A stretch of DNA of 64,000 nt, from positions 15,809 to 79,808 of the forward strand of contig JAEOTA010000004.1 in assembly GCA_016840085.1 (NCBI GenBank), read 5' to 3'. Positions 1 to 9,500 of the stretch are shown here, piece by piece (position 1 is the first letter of the stretch; every line of letters starts with the position of its first letter). Made by a program: the position numbers and the translations under genes. The notes beneath the pieces were generated by a model. The model saw only the letters and a program-made list of their open reading frames with translations, was not told where the DNA came from and did no database searches. The stretch comes from Promethearchaeota archaeon. GTDB lineage: Archaea > Asgardarchaeota > Lokiarchaeia > Sigyniarchaeales > SOKP01.

Positions 1-82
1 TAGAAAATCCACGTTATACTCTACATTTCAAGCAAACAACTTACCATCTCCAAAATCACAGTTAAATCTATTCTTATTATAT

Positions 83-985
83 ATGAAATACTATTTTGGG
101 AGTGGCCTTGAAGCACTAGAAGTAAGTGATTTACTTTTCTTACCAAAAATTTTTAAAACTACGTTAGATCAACATAATAAGAACGTAGATGATGTAATTG
201 GAGCTAATTTCATTAATGAAATAAACAATTTTCTGAAATTTATTTCTGCTTTATCTAATATTGAGAACATTAATATTTTCTTCCAAAAAGTCTTTAAAAA
301 AAACATTTCGCAATTAAATTATGGTTTTTTCAAAACATTCTTAAAAAGTTTTAATTCAAATTTTGCTAACGAAATCGATCAAGAAAATATTCTTCTTTCC
401 GAAAATTCTAATAATACTCCTTTTACTTTTAATATTATTGTAGACCACATATGTAGGATGCTTTACGTACTAATTGATAAGATCTTCCTTAGAAATACAC
501 CAGATGAAGCATCTGTAAATTTCATTGACCCTCGAGGTCGATATATTGGTAAAAATATAGCCTTACGAGTTTTAGAACTATATGTTTTTCAAGATATTAA
601 CTATTCTGATGATGTTTGGCCAGATTACATAATCAGTTTAAATAAAGAATATTTTAAAGAGGAGTTAAAGAGATTTGATGTTAAAATCCCTGATACGCAT
701 TTCTATACTGATGAAGAATTAATTCAAATTATGCTTACTTATAATATTCAATCATTCTCTGATCAGCCTTTTTTCGAGGAATGGATAATTTATGAGATTA
801 TTATACCTTTGCATAATCTAATATCGAATATACATAGATCTGTGAGAGACCCATCAAATGAAATTGAAGTTTATGAGAAATTAAGTGAATTTTTCCTTTC
901 AGATATTGAAGATAAAGAAACCATAAAGGATTTTAAAGTTATCTGTCAACAACTTGCTCCTTTTTGGAAACAATTTAAGTTTTAA
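83..985 (+). CDS. hypothetical protein
   Basis: 300-aa ATG ORF with composition like its neighbours. No motif recognised. Confidence 0.4.
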   Translation: MKYYFGSGLEALEVSDLLFLPKIFKTTLDQHNKNVDDVIGANFINEINNFLKFISALSNIENINIFFQKVFKKNISQLNYGFFKTFLKSFNSNFANEIDQENILLSENSNNTPFTFNIIVDHICRMLYVLIDKIFLRNTPDEASVNFIDPRGRYIGKNIALRVLELYVFQDINYSDDVWPDYIISLNKEYFKEELKRFDVKIPDTHFYTDEELIQIMLTYNIQSFSDQPFFEEWIIYEIIIPLHNLISNIHRSVRDPSNEIEVYEKLSEFFLSDIEDKETIKDFKVICQQLAPFWKQFKF

Positions 986-1001
986 ATATAAGCTAATTTT
1001 A

Positions 1002-1508
1002 TTATTCAATATTAAAAATTTTTAAAAATTTCTGAAAATCTTTTTCTATATCAATTATTGGTGTATTTGAAAAGCGTTCTAACTTGAGGTTTGATAAACA
1101 AATTATTCCAGAAATCATTTTTATATTTCCAGTTAATTGCTCATCAATCTCCTCAAATTTTTTGATACATAGAACAGTTGGATTGTTTAGATTCCTAAAT
1201 CCTTCAGTTAAACATATATCTATTTTGTAAGGCCCATTTTGAAGCCAATTTATAGTCTCATCTATAAATTTATCACTAAATTTTGAAAATACAGCGATCT
1301 CTCTATTCTCATTTTCAATGACCGAATAAGTTGCTCCAGCTTCAGTAAATTTATAAGAATCTTTTCCTTCCTTATCAACTTGGTGATCTTTTACATTTTT
1401 AATAACTGCAACATTATAATTTAAGTATTCTTTAAGTAGTTTTATTGCTTTTACTATAAAATTTGTTTTACCTGAACCAGAATATCCTACAATACCTATT
1501 ATTTTAAT
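1002..1508 (-). CDS. mobB: MobB-like P-loop protein (molybdopterin-guanine dinucleotide biosynthesis adapter family), apparent ATT start
   Basis: Absent from the ORF track. The minus-strand frame is open from TAA (1514..1512) to TAA (1004..1002). It reads (I)KIIGIVGYSGSGKTNFIVKAIKLL...DKEGKDSYKFTEAGA...CLTEGFRN, matching the MobB Walker A at the extreme N-terminus, the KDSY..AGA motif and the EGF motif. There is no ATG/GTG/TTG before the P-loop. ATT at 1508..1506 sits where Met is expected. Confidence 0.75.
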   Translation of the reverse strand: MKIIGIVGYSGSGKTNFIVKAIKLLKEYLNYNVAVIKNVKDHQVDKEGKDSYKFTEAGATYSVIENENREIAVFSKFSDKFIDETINWLQNGPYKIDICLTEGFRNLNNPTVLCIKKFEEIDEQLTGNIKMISGIICLSNLKLERFSNTPIIDIEKDFQKFLKIFNIE

Positions 1509-1732
1509 GAGTTACTCACTCTTTTAGACTATATCACTAACATATACACTTATTAAAGAAAAAAAAATATCTAAGTTTTCTTAAATAATAAAACTTTTAA
1601 AATTAGTTTGTTCTAAACAAATATTTGTTTTTTCATCGGATAATATTAAAATAAAAATATTATAATATCTTCCGATTTAATATTTATTTAAATAAGACTT
1701 TTCTAAAGTACTGAAAATATTAATATAAATTA

Positions 1733-3724
1733 ATGTCTACTAAAAAAGAAAGGATTGTATTTGACGCAAATTTCTTTATTTGCATGTTGCGAATAAAAGC
1801 GCGAAGTATATTAAAAAATTTAGAAAAAGCTGGAGAAGATTTAAAGTACGAGTACTATATCTCTGAAGTTGTATTTGATGAGATTAGAGCACCACCAACG
1901 TACAAAGAGAAGTTAAAGACCATCATAAATGTAAAAAAAGTATCTAATGTTGAAGTTGATGCTGTTAAAGATGATCTTAGTCAATATAACATTAAATTTC
2001 CTGCTCAAGATCCTGATCTCTCATTAATTTATATTGGAAAGAGACTATTAACTGAAGATGAGTCACTACCAGTTCATCTTGTTACTGACGATTTTAAATT
2101 AGTAAAAAACGCAGGTTTTCTCTATAAAGGTAAAATCAATATTTTATCTCTTTCTAGCTTTCTTCTAAAATTACAGAAATCAACAAACAACTCCCAAATG
2201 AGAACTTATTTCAAAGATATTTGGAAACGAAGCTTAAACTATACTTTATCTTATATGATTGAGCGTTCTAAGATTTATCCTGCTGAACAAAAAATAACTT
2301 GGATAATTGAGAGAGCTGTGGCTGTTACGGAGGATTCAGTTATATCTAGCGATATTGAATTAGAAAATCCAGATGTGGGTGTAAAGTTTGAAGTAGGAAC
2401 TTCAAAATATGCTGAAGAGATTAAAATTGCTGAGAAATATATTGCTAATCAGGATCTTCCTCAGAGCGAAGAAGAGAAGGTAGTAGGTATTTTGAAATTT
2501 CTTGAAAACTTGAAAATATCACGAGAGTATGTAATTCGAGCTCGTGAAGCAATAATTAAAAGTGTACCAAAAGAAGCAGTTAAATCCTTAAAAAAAGGTA
2601 ATGGATTTTTGGTCTCTTTACTTCAAGTAGCCTCAGGGCAATTAACTGATTTAAAGGATTATAAAATTGTTGAACAATTAATATGCTCTGAAATAAGTAA
2701 AATGGAATTTTTACGAGCATTTTTATTAGTTTCTCTTGGTAGAGTAAATGATGCAATTGATTCACTTGAAAGAGCAGCTCTTTTTTCAACAATTATTTAT
2801 AATTATAAAACTTGTTTAACTCTAAATTACGTAAAAGCATTAATCCTTCTTTTTCATGGATTGTACGAAAATGCTATAAGGCAATATAATTTTACAGAGG
2901 AGTTAGCTGATATATATGAAGATAGTATGTTAAAATTAAAATGCTTAATAGGTAAAGCTATAGCTCTTTATATACAAGGTGAAGATAAGAAAGCAGCAAT
3001 TACGATAATGGAGGAAATATCAACTATGGATTTAGATGAAAATTTCCTAGATGCAATTATTGTGTTTAGTGAGCTTGGTGATTATTTCTTGGCAATGGGG
3101 CATTCTCAAATCGCTGCTAATTTATATAATCAAGCTTTAGAGATATCTATTGACTATAAATTAGGATTTAAAAGTGAGATTTTGATAGGGAAATTAAAAA
3201 GAGCTTATATAGCAACCGTACTAGAAGGTTATAGCACAGAATATATGATTGATAAATTGGATCTTTTATTAGATAAAGCTTATGCCGTTAAGGATGTAGA
3301 AAAATATAATGAACAAATAAAAAAGATATCTAGCTTTAATATGCTTTTTTATACCCCTTTTGAATACATCTCAGGAAAGAATAAGATAATACCTTACTTT
3401 AAACTTCCAAAAGAACTTAAAGAAGATTACTTAGAAGTTGTATATTTTGAAAAAAATAAGCAAAAAGAAGATGTAATTTTTTTCATCGTTTCTCATTATG
3501 AATTAGGTTTACTAGGGATTAGATTAAAAACAAGTGAAAATGTTTCTGGAATAGCAGAAAATTATTCTTTAAAAATAAAGCCAACAGCTAAAGTAAAGAT
3601 TTATAAACCAGACGAAAATTTAAGAGAAAGTTACCTAATACGGGCTATTATTGAAATAACAGCTAAGGATCAGGTTTTAATTGAATATACTCTTCCTTCC
3701 TTTTTTAAACAATTAAATTTATGA
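1733..3724 (+). CDS. PIN-domain protein with a long helical-repeat (TPR-like) region
   Basis: The N-terminus RIVFDANFFI...HLVTDDFKLV has the acidic-residue pattern of PIN nucleases. The middle of the protein looks like helical repeats. The C-terminal ~120 aa are unassigned. Confidence 0.5.
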   Translation: MSTKKERIVFDANFFICMLRIKARSILKNLEKAGEDLKYEYYISEVVFDEIRAPPTYKEKLKTIINVKKVSNVEVDAVKDDLSQYNIKFPAQDPDLSLIYIGKRLLTEDESLPVHLVTDDFKLVKNAGFLYKGKINILSLSSFLLKLQKSTNNSQMRTYFKDIWKRSLNYTLSYMIERSKIYPAEQKITWIIERAVAVTEDSVISSDIELENPDVGVKFEVGTSKYAEEIKIAEKYIANQDLPQSEEEKVVGILKFLENLKISREYVIRAREAIIKSVPKEAVKSLKKGNGFLVSLLQVASGQLTDLKDYKIVEQLICSEISKMEFLRAFLLVSLGRVNDAIDSLERAALFSTIIYNYKTCLTLNYVKALILLFHGLYENAIRQYNFTEELADIYEDSMLKLKCLIGKAIALYIQGEDKKAAITIMEEISTMDLDENFLDAIIVFSELGDYFLAMGHSQIAANLYNQALEISIDYKLGFKSEILIGKLKRAYIATVLEGYSTEYMIDKLDLLLDKAYAVKDVEKYNEQIKKISSFNMLFYTPFEYISGKNKIIPYFKLPKELKEDYLEVVYFEKNKQKEDVIFFIVSHYELGLLGIRLKTSENVSGIAENYSLKIKPTAKVKIYKPDENLRESYLIRAIIEITAKDQVLIEYTLPSFFKQLNL

Positions 3725-3728
3725 TGTT

Positions 3729-4001
3729 TTATTCTCTCCTTAAACTTTTATCTCTTTGACTTATTTGATGAGAATGAATCGCACAGCTTATACAGTAATA
3801 TTTGGTCTTAGTTGGAGCCTGAATTATTGTACCTGCTTTTTTCAATTCAGCATACATCCTTCCATCAACTAAAGAAACTCTCCTTGTTACGGCTTTCGCT
3901 TTACTTCGGGCGACAAAGCGACCACATTTACTACATTGAACTTTATTATATTGACCTTTTCTAGAACCACTTTTACCGCCACTTTTTCTTTTTTTCGGAA
4001 T
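3729..4001 (-). CDS. rps26e: 30S ribosomal protein eS26, apparent ATT start
   Basis: Absent from the ORF track. The minus-strand frame reads (I)PKKRKSGGKSGSRKGQYNKVQCSKCGRFV...YYCISCAIHSHQ, which is the eS26 MPKKR N-terminus plus two CxxC pairs. An in-frame TAG lies at 4013..4011, followed only by CTG ATC TTT ATT. Confidence 0.85.
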   Translation of the reverse strand: MPKKRKSGGKSGSRKGQYNKVQCSKCGRFVARSKAKAVTRRVSLVDGRMYAELKKAGTIIQAPTKTKYYCISCAIHSHQISQRDKSLRRE

Positions 4002-4148
4002 AAAGATCAGCTAGTTTTAATTTTTGTTTATTAATTATATAATTTCTAAAGAAATTGAATTGGACAAAACTTAAAAAATTTATTCTTTCATTTAGATTAT
4101 TAAGAGAATCAATAAATTTCTAAAAATACTTGACTTCATTAATTGGAA

Positions 4149-4865
4149 TTAGCTTTTTTGGGTTTCTGCTTTACTTAAAGACTTGAATGTATATATTAAA
4201 CGCTGAACAATAGTTATAATCAATAGAATTATAAAACCCAAGATGAAAAATAAAAAAAACCAAGTAACTGGTGTTGATGATATGATGGGGTTAAATACAA
4301 TCCAGGGTGTTCCAATAATAAGTGCTGAAAAATGATATATCCATGTTTCAACGCTTAGAGCAACCATAATTAATATTATTCTTTCAGCCCGCTCCATGAA
4401 ACCAACACCTCTCATATCAATACCCTCATTTTCAGCTCTAGCTCGAATATATGAAATCATTATAATTAAAAACATTATCAAATAACCTAACAAAAAATTA
4501 ACAAAACCTCCATAAACTAATCCGAGAATCAATAGGGCATCTGATAATCTATCCAAATTTGAGTCAAGAAATGCACCTGTTTTAGTCATTTTGCCAGTTT
4601 TTCTTGCTACAGCACCATCAAAAACGTCAAATGCCCCCGCCCAGAAAATTAGGAAGGGTACAAGCCAAGCAAACCAAAATAAATTATGAATAAAGTTTAA
4701 AGCTATTAGAAAAGTTGCTCCTAATGATAATAAAAACCCTATCAATGAGAGAATATTAGGAGAAAATTTATGTTTAATTAAAAAAGTTATAGGGCGATCT
4801 ATAAATTTACTAAGGAGTTGTTTTTGATTTACTCTTTTTTTATTCAGATTTTCGAGATCGCTCAA
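4149..4865 (-). CDS. CDP-alcohol phosphatidyltransferase family (archaeal polar-lipid synthase)
   Basis: Exact D-G-x2-A-R-x8-G-x3-D-x3-D motif (FDGAVARKTGKMTKTGAFLDSNLD). Multi-pass membrane protein with a TTG start. Confidence 0.85.
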   Translation of the reverse strand: MSDLENLNKKRVNQKQLLSKFIDRPITFLIKHKFSPNILSLIGFLLSLGATFLIALNFIHNLFWFAWLVPFLIFWAGAFDVFDGAVARKTGKMTKTGAFLDSNLDRLSDALLILGLVYGGFVNFLLGYLIMFLIIMISYIRARAENEGIDMRGVGFMERAERIILIMVALSVETWIYHFSALIIGTPWIVFNPIISSTPVTWFFLFFILGFIILLIITIVQRLIYTFKSLSKAETQKS

Positions 4866-4928
4866 ATTGAATTCAAAGCCTTAATAATGTGATTATAATT
4901 TTAAAAGAACTTTATAATAAAAAATTTA

Positions 4929-5525
4929 TTATAATGCTATTAGGTATAATTTTAACAACCGAATAACGGAGGAAGCTAAATATGATTGGGTTCCTATGCT
5001 GATTTTTGGAAGCTTTAATGCTAATAATTCCTTAGAATCAATAAACTCACCCCCTTGACTTCCTACTATGAAAATAATATTTTCTCTTTCTTGCATCTTA
5101 CTTCTCAATTTGAAAAAATTTTCTCCTTTTTCATCTAAAATATATAAAGCATATTTCAAATTTCTAAAGTATTTTATAGCATCCATTATTCTCTTTTCAG
5201 ATTTTTTTATTAAACTCAAAGGATTAGAATCTAGATTTTTTTTTTCGGAATTTTTTTGGAGGAAATCAACAAAATAATCTGTTAGAAGTATTTCATTCTT
5301 AGGAAAATTCTTATAATTAAATAACTCTGGTTCAAAAATAAATGTCCCATAGTTATCTAAAAATATCCATATCTGAATATTTTTTTCGAAAGCATTCTGA
5401 TCTAATATTGCTGAAAGAATGCATCTTGAAATCACATCTAATCGACCAGAAGATCCGGGAATATCCTTAATTGTGTAGTGATCAATATTAACTGTAGCCG
5501 ATTTAATGAAAAATATTATATTCAT
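4929..5525 (-). CDS. trmY: tRNA (pseudouridine54-N1)-methyltransferase TrmY (SPOUT)
   Basis: The N-terminus FFIKSATVNIDHYTIKDIPGSSGRLDVISRCILSA matches the MJ1640/TrmY signature (LKDLPGSCGRLDLLCRC). Confidence 0.7.
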   Translation of the reverse strand: MNIIFFIKSATVNIDHYTIKDIPGSSGRLDVISRCILSAILDQNAFEKNIQIWIFLDNYGTFIFEPELFNYKNFPKNEILLTDYFVDFLQKNSEKKNLDSNPLSLIKKSEKRIMDAIKYFRNLKYALYILDEKGENFFKLRSKMQERENIIFIVGSQGGEFIDSKELLALKLPKISIGTQSYLASSVIRLLKLYLIAL

Positions 5526-5630
5526 AATTTGCTTAAGCTTAATCTTAATTATTTTTAAATTTATAAGAATTAAAATCTTATATTTAAAATAATCTTATAA
5601 TTAAAAATAAAAATGGATGTGACTATATAA

Positions 5631-6446
5631 GTGGGGTTAAAATCTAAGAAAACTAATCCCATGAGAACTGAAGATATTTTCGAACCTGATAGTAGTTATG
5701 CTATAGAAGTAAAAGAATTAAAGAAATATTTCAAAGGAAAATTTGAAACCGTCAAAGCTGTAGATGGAATTTCATTTAAAGTTAAATATGGTGAACTATT
5801 TGGGTTTTTAGGACCAAATGGCGCAGGTAAAACTACAACAATAAATATGTTAACAGGGTTATTAAAACCGACAGAAGGAACTGGAGCTGTAGGAGGTTAT
5901 GATATAACAAAAAACTTGAATAGTATTAAACAAATAATAGGTGTGTGTCCACAAGAACCAGCAACTTTTAAATTTCTTACTGGTAAAGAAAATATAGAGC
6001 TTTTTGGTAATCTGCACTTAATCGCTAAGGAAGTACTAAAAAACCGAACAAGCAAACTGTTAGAAACATTAGATTTATTAGAAGCTAGTAAACGAAAGAC
6101 AAAAGGTTATAGTGGGGGGATGGTTAGACGCTTAAATCTGATAATAGCATTAATTAATAATCCAAAAATAGCATTTCTTGACGAACCAACAGTAGGGATG
6201 GATCCCCGAGCTCGTCGATCGACATGGGAATATATTGGATCTCTCAAAAACGAAGATAAGACAATTATATTAACCACTCACTATATCGAAGAAGCTGAAG
6301 CACTTTGTGATAAAGTAGCTATTATTGATTATGGTAAATTGATAGAACTTGGTTCACCTAAAGAATTAATGGAAAAATACGAGGCTGTAAATTTGGAAAA
6401 AGTGTTTATGAAAATAACAGGTAGAAGAATCGTGGAGGGGATATAA
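5631..6446 (+). CDS. ABC transporter ATP-binding protein
   Basis: Walker A GPNGAGKTT, signature YSGGM, Walker B IAFLDEP. GTG start. Confidence 0.9.
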   Translation: MGLKSKKTNPMRTEDIFEPDSSYAIEVKELKKYFKGKFETVKAVDGISFKVKYGELFGFLGPNGAGKTTTINMLTGLLKPTEGTGAVGGYDITKNLNSIKQIIGVCPQEPATFKFLTGKENIELFGNLHLIAKEVLKNRTSKLLETLDLLEASKRKTKGYSGGMVRRLNLIIALINNPKIAFLDEPTVGMDPRARRSTWEYIGSLKNEDKTIILTTHYIEEAEALCDKVAIIDYGKLIELGSPKELMEKYEAVNLEKVFMKITGRRIVEGI

Positions 6447-6447
6447 G

Positions 6448-7188
6448 ATGAAAATACAAAGAGTTTTAGCTTTAACAAAAATGGAACTTAAAAAGGTTGT
6501 TAGAGAACCTGCTTATTTGTTTTTAATGTTATTATTTCCCGCGGTTCTTACATTAATATTTGGATTCTCTTTTGGAGATCCTGAACTTGGTATGTCTTTT
6601 GACTCTATGGTTCCTGGTCTATTTGCATATGCTTGTATTTTTATAATAATGACTGTAGCTCAATCTTTTGCTGACGAACGAGAAGAAGGACTCTTAAAAA
6701 GGATGAATACAACACCAATGACTTCGGGTGAATTCATGGGAAGTAATATAATCTCTAATATGATAATAGCCATTATACAAGTTATAATAGTCTTTTTATT
6801 ATCTCTTTTAATGGGTTTTGAGCATCATGGTGATTTTAGTGGAATTATATTGGCATTTCTTATCATAGCTTTATTTTCTTTAAGTTCTGTTGGATTAGGG
6901 CTTATAACAGCAACTATTTCAAAGACTTCTGGAATAGCCACAGGGATATCATTTATATTTATTCTTCCTCAGATGTTTTTTGGAACCTTTATACCAATTA
7001 CTTCAAATACTCGAGCTATAGCTATGTTTCTTCCAAGTTATTATGTGACTGATGCTTTAACTTCAATCTTTGCTGGTGACCCATTAACTAATATAAATAT
7101 CTTAGTCGATCTTGCTTTTATCTCAATAATTAGCGTAGTAATTGTAATTATTGGGATACAATTATTCAAAAAATTCGGGAATAAATAA
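6448..7188 (+). CDS. ABC-2 type transporter permease
   Basis: Six-TM protein starting immediately after the ATPase stop, in a coupled arrangement. Confidence 0.8.
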   Translation: MKIQRVLALTKMELKKVVREPAYLFLMLLFPAVLTLIFGFSFGDPELGMSFDSMVPGLFAYACIFIIMTVAQSFADEREEGLLKRMNTTPMTSGEFMGSNIISNMIIAIIQVIIVFLLSLLMGFEHHGDFSGIILAFLIIALFSLSSVGLGLITATISKTSGIATGISFIFILPQMFFGTFIPITSNTRAIAMFLPSYYVTDALTSIFAGDPLTNINILVDLAFISIISVVIVIIGIQLFKKFGNK

Positions 7189-7502
7189 AAAGAGTGGTAA
7201 AATTTACTTTAATAAATTTAAAATATTTATATTTATTTCTCTTTATTTGATACTTTTTTTATAATGGATAAATATAAAACCAGAATTTAGTTTAATAGCT
7301 TAAAATTTAAGTGCAAAACAAATTTTGAATCTATTATTCCATATCTGGTTTGAAAAATTGATCTCTATGTTTATCTTAAAAATAATTACACTAAATTTCA
7401 TATTATTTAAAAAAGAAATTCTTAAATTTTTTAAAAACTTACTTGATATGAAAAAATTATAATTTAGTATGAAATTAAAAAATAATCGAGTTATTAACTA
7501 AG

Positions 7503-9479
7503 ATGACTCATAAAATTGTCTATCCCTTTACAGCTATAATAGGCCAAGATTTAATGAAACTAGCTCTGATATTAAATGCAGTAAATCCAAAAATTGGAGG
7601 TGTATTAATTCGTGGAATGAAAGGAACTGCTAAATCAACTGCTGTCAGAGCTTTGGCCGAAATTTTACCTGAAATACAATATATTAAATCATGTTCATTC
7701 AATTGTAATCCCTCAGATCTAAAAGAAATGTGTCATTCTTGTCAAGAAAGATATCAAAACAATCAAATTAATGAGAATGACATCGATACTAAAAAAATGA
7801 GGGTTGTTACTCTTCCTATAAATGCAACTGAAGATAGAGTAGTTGGTACAATTGATATTAAAAGAGCATTAAAGGAAGGATTGAAATTTTTAGAACCTGG
7901 AATTTTAGCTGAAGCTCACAGAAACATTCTTTATATTGATGAGGTTAATCTTTTGGCAGATAACGTTGCAGATATTTTGTTAGATAGTGCTGCTATGGGA
8001 TTAAACATAATTGAACGTGAGGGAATTAGTTTTCATCATCCTTCTTGTTTTATTTTAGTTGGAACAATGAATCCCGAAGAGGGAAATTTAAGACCCCAAC
8101 TCCTTGATCGATTTGGATTGAGTATTGGCGTTGAAAGAATTAAAGATGTTGAGAAAAGGGTACAGATTATTAAAAATGTTGAGGAATTTCAAAACAATCC
8201 TCATTTGTTCTTTAAAAAATTTGAAAAAGAACAAAATAACTTAAGATGTAAGATTATTAATGCTAAAGATCTCTTAAACCAAGTGACTATTTCAGAGGAA
8301 TTCTTAAAAACAATTGCCAAAATCTGTATTGAATTTGAAACAGATGGCCACAGAGCAGATATAACAATCACTCGCACAGCTAAAACTTTAGCCGCATTTG
8401 AAGGAAGAAATGAAGTAACTGAAGAAGATATAAAAATTGCTGCTAAACTTGCTTTAAATCATAGACTAAAAAAATTACCTTTTGAAGATTATTCCTTAGA
8501 TGAACAGGATATTGAAAGTTTTTTTAATAAAAAAGATAATTCCAACGAACCTGAAAATGAAAAAACTATCGAAGAAAATCTTGAGAATAATCAAATTTTT
8601 AATACTCAAGAAGAGGTTTTTGGGATAGATGATTCAGTTAAAACAGAAGATTTAATTAAAGAGAAAAAATACAGGAAAAGGTTAAATGTGTCTGGTCAAA
8701 GAGTGGCACATCCCACTAACGATTCAAAAGGTAAATATATAGGGGGTATTAAGCCTAAAAAGTTCAATTTTTCTTATTCTAATAGTATTGCTATTAATGA
8801 AACCATAAATAAGGCTGCCTTAGATTCTGAAAATCAAGAATTAATCAAAAATGGGAAGAGTATCCTCATTAAGGAAGATCATATTCATTTAAAAAAAAGA
8901 AGGGGAAAATCAAGTTATTTAGTTATTTTTTGTGTTGATGCTTCTGGCTCTATGGGCGTTAATGAACGAATGAAAATTGTCAAAGGTGCAATTTTTTCCC
9001 TTCTTCAAAGTAATTATATTTATAGAGATAAAGTATCTCTTGTAGTTTTTAGAAAAGATAAAGCAGAGGTGATATTGCCGCCAACAAGGAGTACTGATTT
9101 AGCATATAAGTTATTGAAAGATATTCCAACAGGAGGGACTACTCCATTAGTCTCAGGACTAATGAAATCAGTTGAAATTGCCCTCGAAGAGATTCGTAAG
9201 AAGACTGGATATATCCCCTTAATTGTTCTTCTGACAGATGCAAGAGGTAATGTATATTTCAATGATGCAGTTGAAGATATTATTAAAGCTGGTAAATATA
9301 TCGCTAAAAATGAAATTAATATGATCATTATTGATACTGAAAGTTCAGAAATCAAATTAGAAATTAGTAAAAAACTATCAGAAGTATCAAATGCAGCTTA
9401 TTACCATATCGATAATCTAAATGAAGTCAATCTAAACCGAGTTTTATCTTTAGAGGGAATTTGTGAAGATAAGGATTAA
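7503..9479 (+). CDS. ChlI/ChlD-type chelatase subunit (AAA+ ATPase fused to a VWA domain)
   Basis: Walker [10 protein letters not shown], Walker [11 protein letters not shown], Cys-rich insert CSFNC..CHSC, and a C-terminal VWA domain with MIDAS motif DASGSM. Confidence 0.85.
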   Translation: MTHKIVYPFTAIIGQDLMKLALILNAVNPKIGGVLIRGMKGTAKSTAVRALAEILPEIQYIKSCSFNCNPSDLKEMCHSCQERYQNNQINENDIDTKKMRVVTLPINATEDRVVGTIDIKRALKEGLKFLEPGILAEAHRNILYIDEVNLLADNVADILLDSAAMGLNIIEREGISFHHPSCFILVGTMNPEEGNLRPQLLDRFGLSIGVERIKDVEKRVQIIKNVEEFQNNPHLFFKKFEKEQNNLRCKIINAKDLLNQVTISEEFLKTIAKICIEFETDGHRADITITRTAKTLAAFEGRNEVTEEDIKIAAKLALNHRLKKLPFEDYSLDEQDIESFFNKKDNSNEPENEKTIEENLENNQIFNTQEEVFGIDDSVKTEDLIKEKKYRKRLNVSGQRVAHPTNDSKGKYIGGIKPKKFNFSYSNSIAINETINKAALDSENQELIKNGKSILIKEDHIHLKKRRGKSSYLVIFCVDASGSMGVNERMKIVKGAIFSLLQSNYIYRDKVSLVVFRKDKAEVILPPTRSTDLAYKLLKDIPTGGTTPLVSGLMKSVEIALEEIRKKTGYIPLIVLLTDARGNVYFNDAVEDIIKAGKYIAKNEINMIIIDTESSEIKLEISKKLSEVSNAAYYHIDNLNEVNLNRVLSLEGICEDKD

Positions 9480-9500
9480 AACATTTTTTGTTACTTTAAA

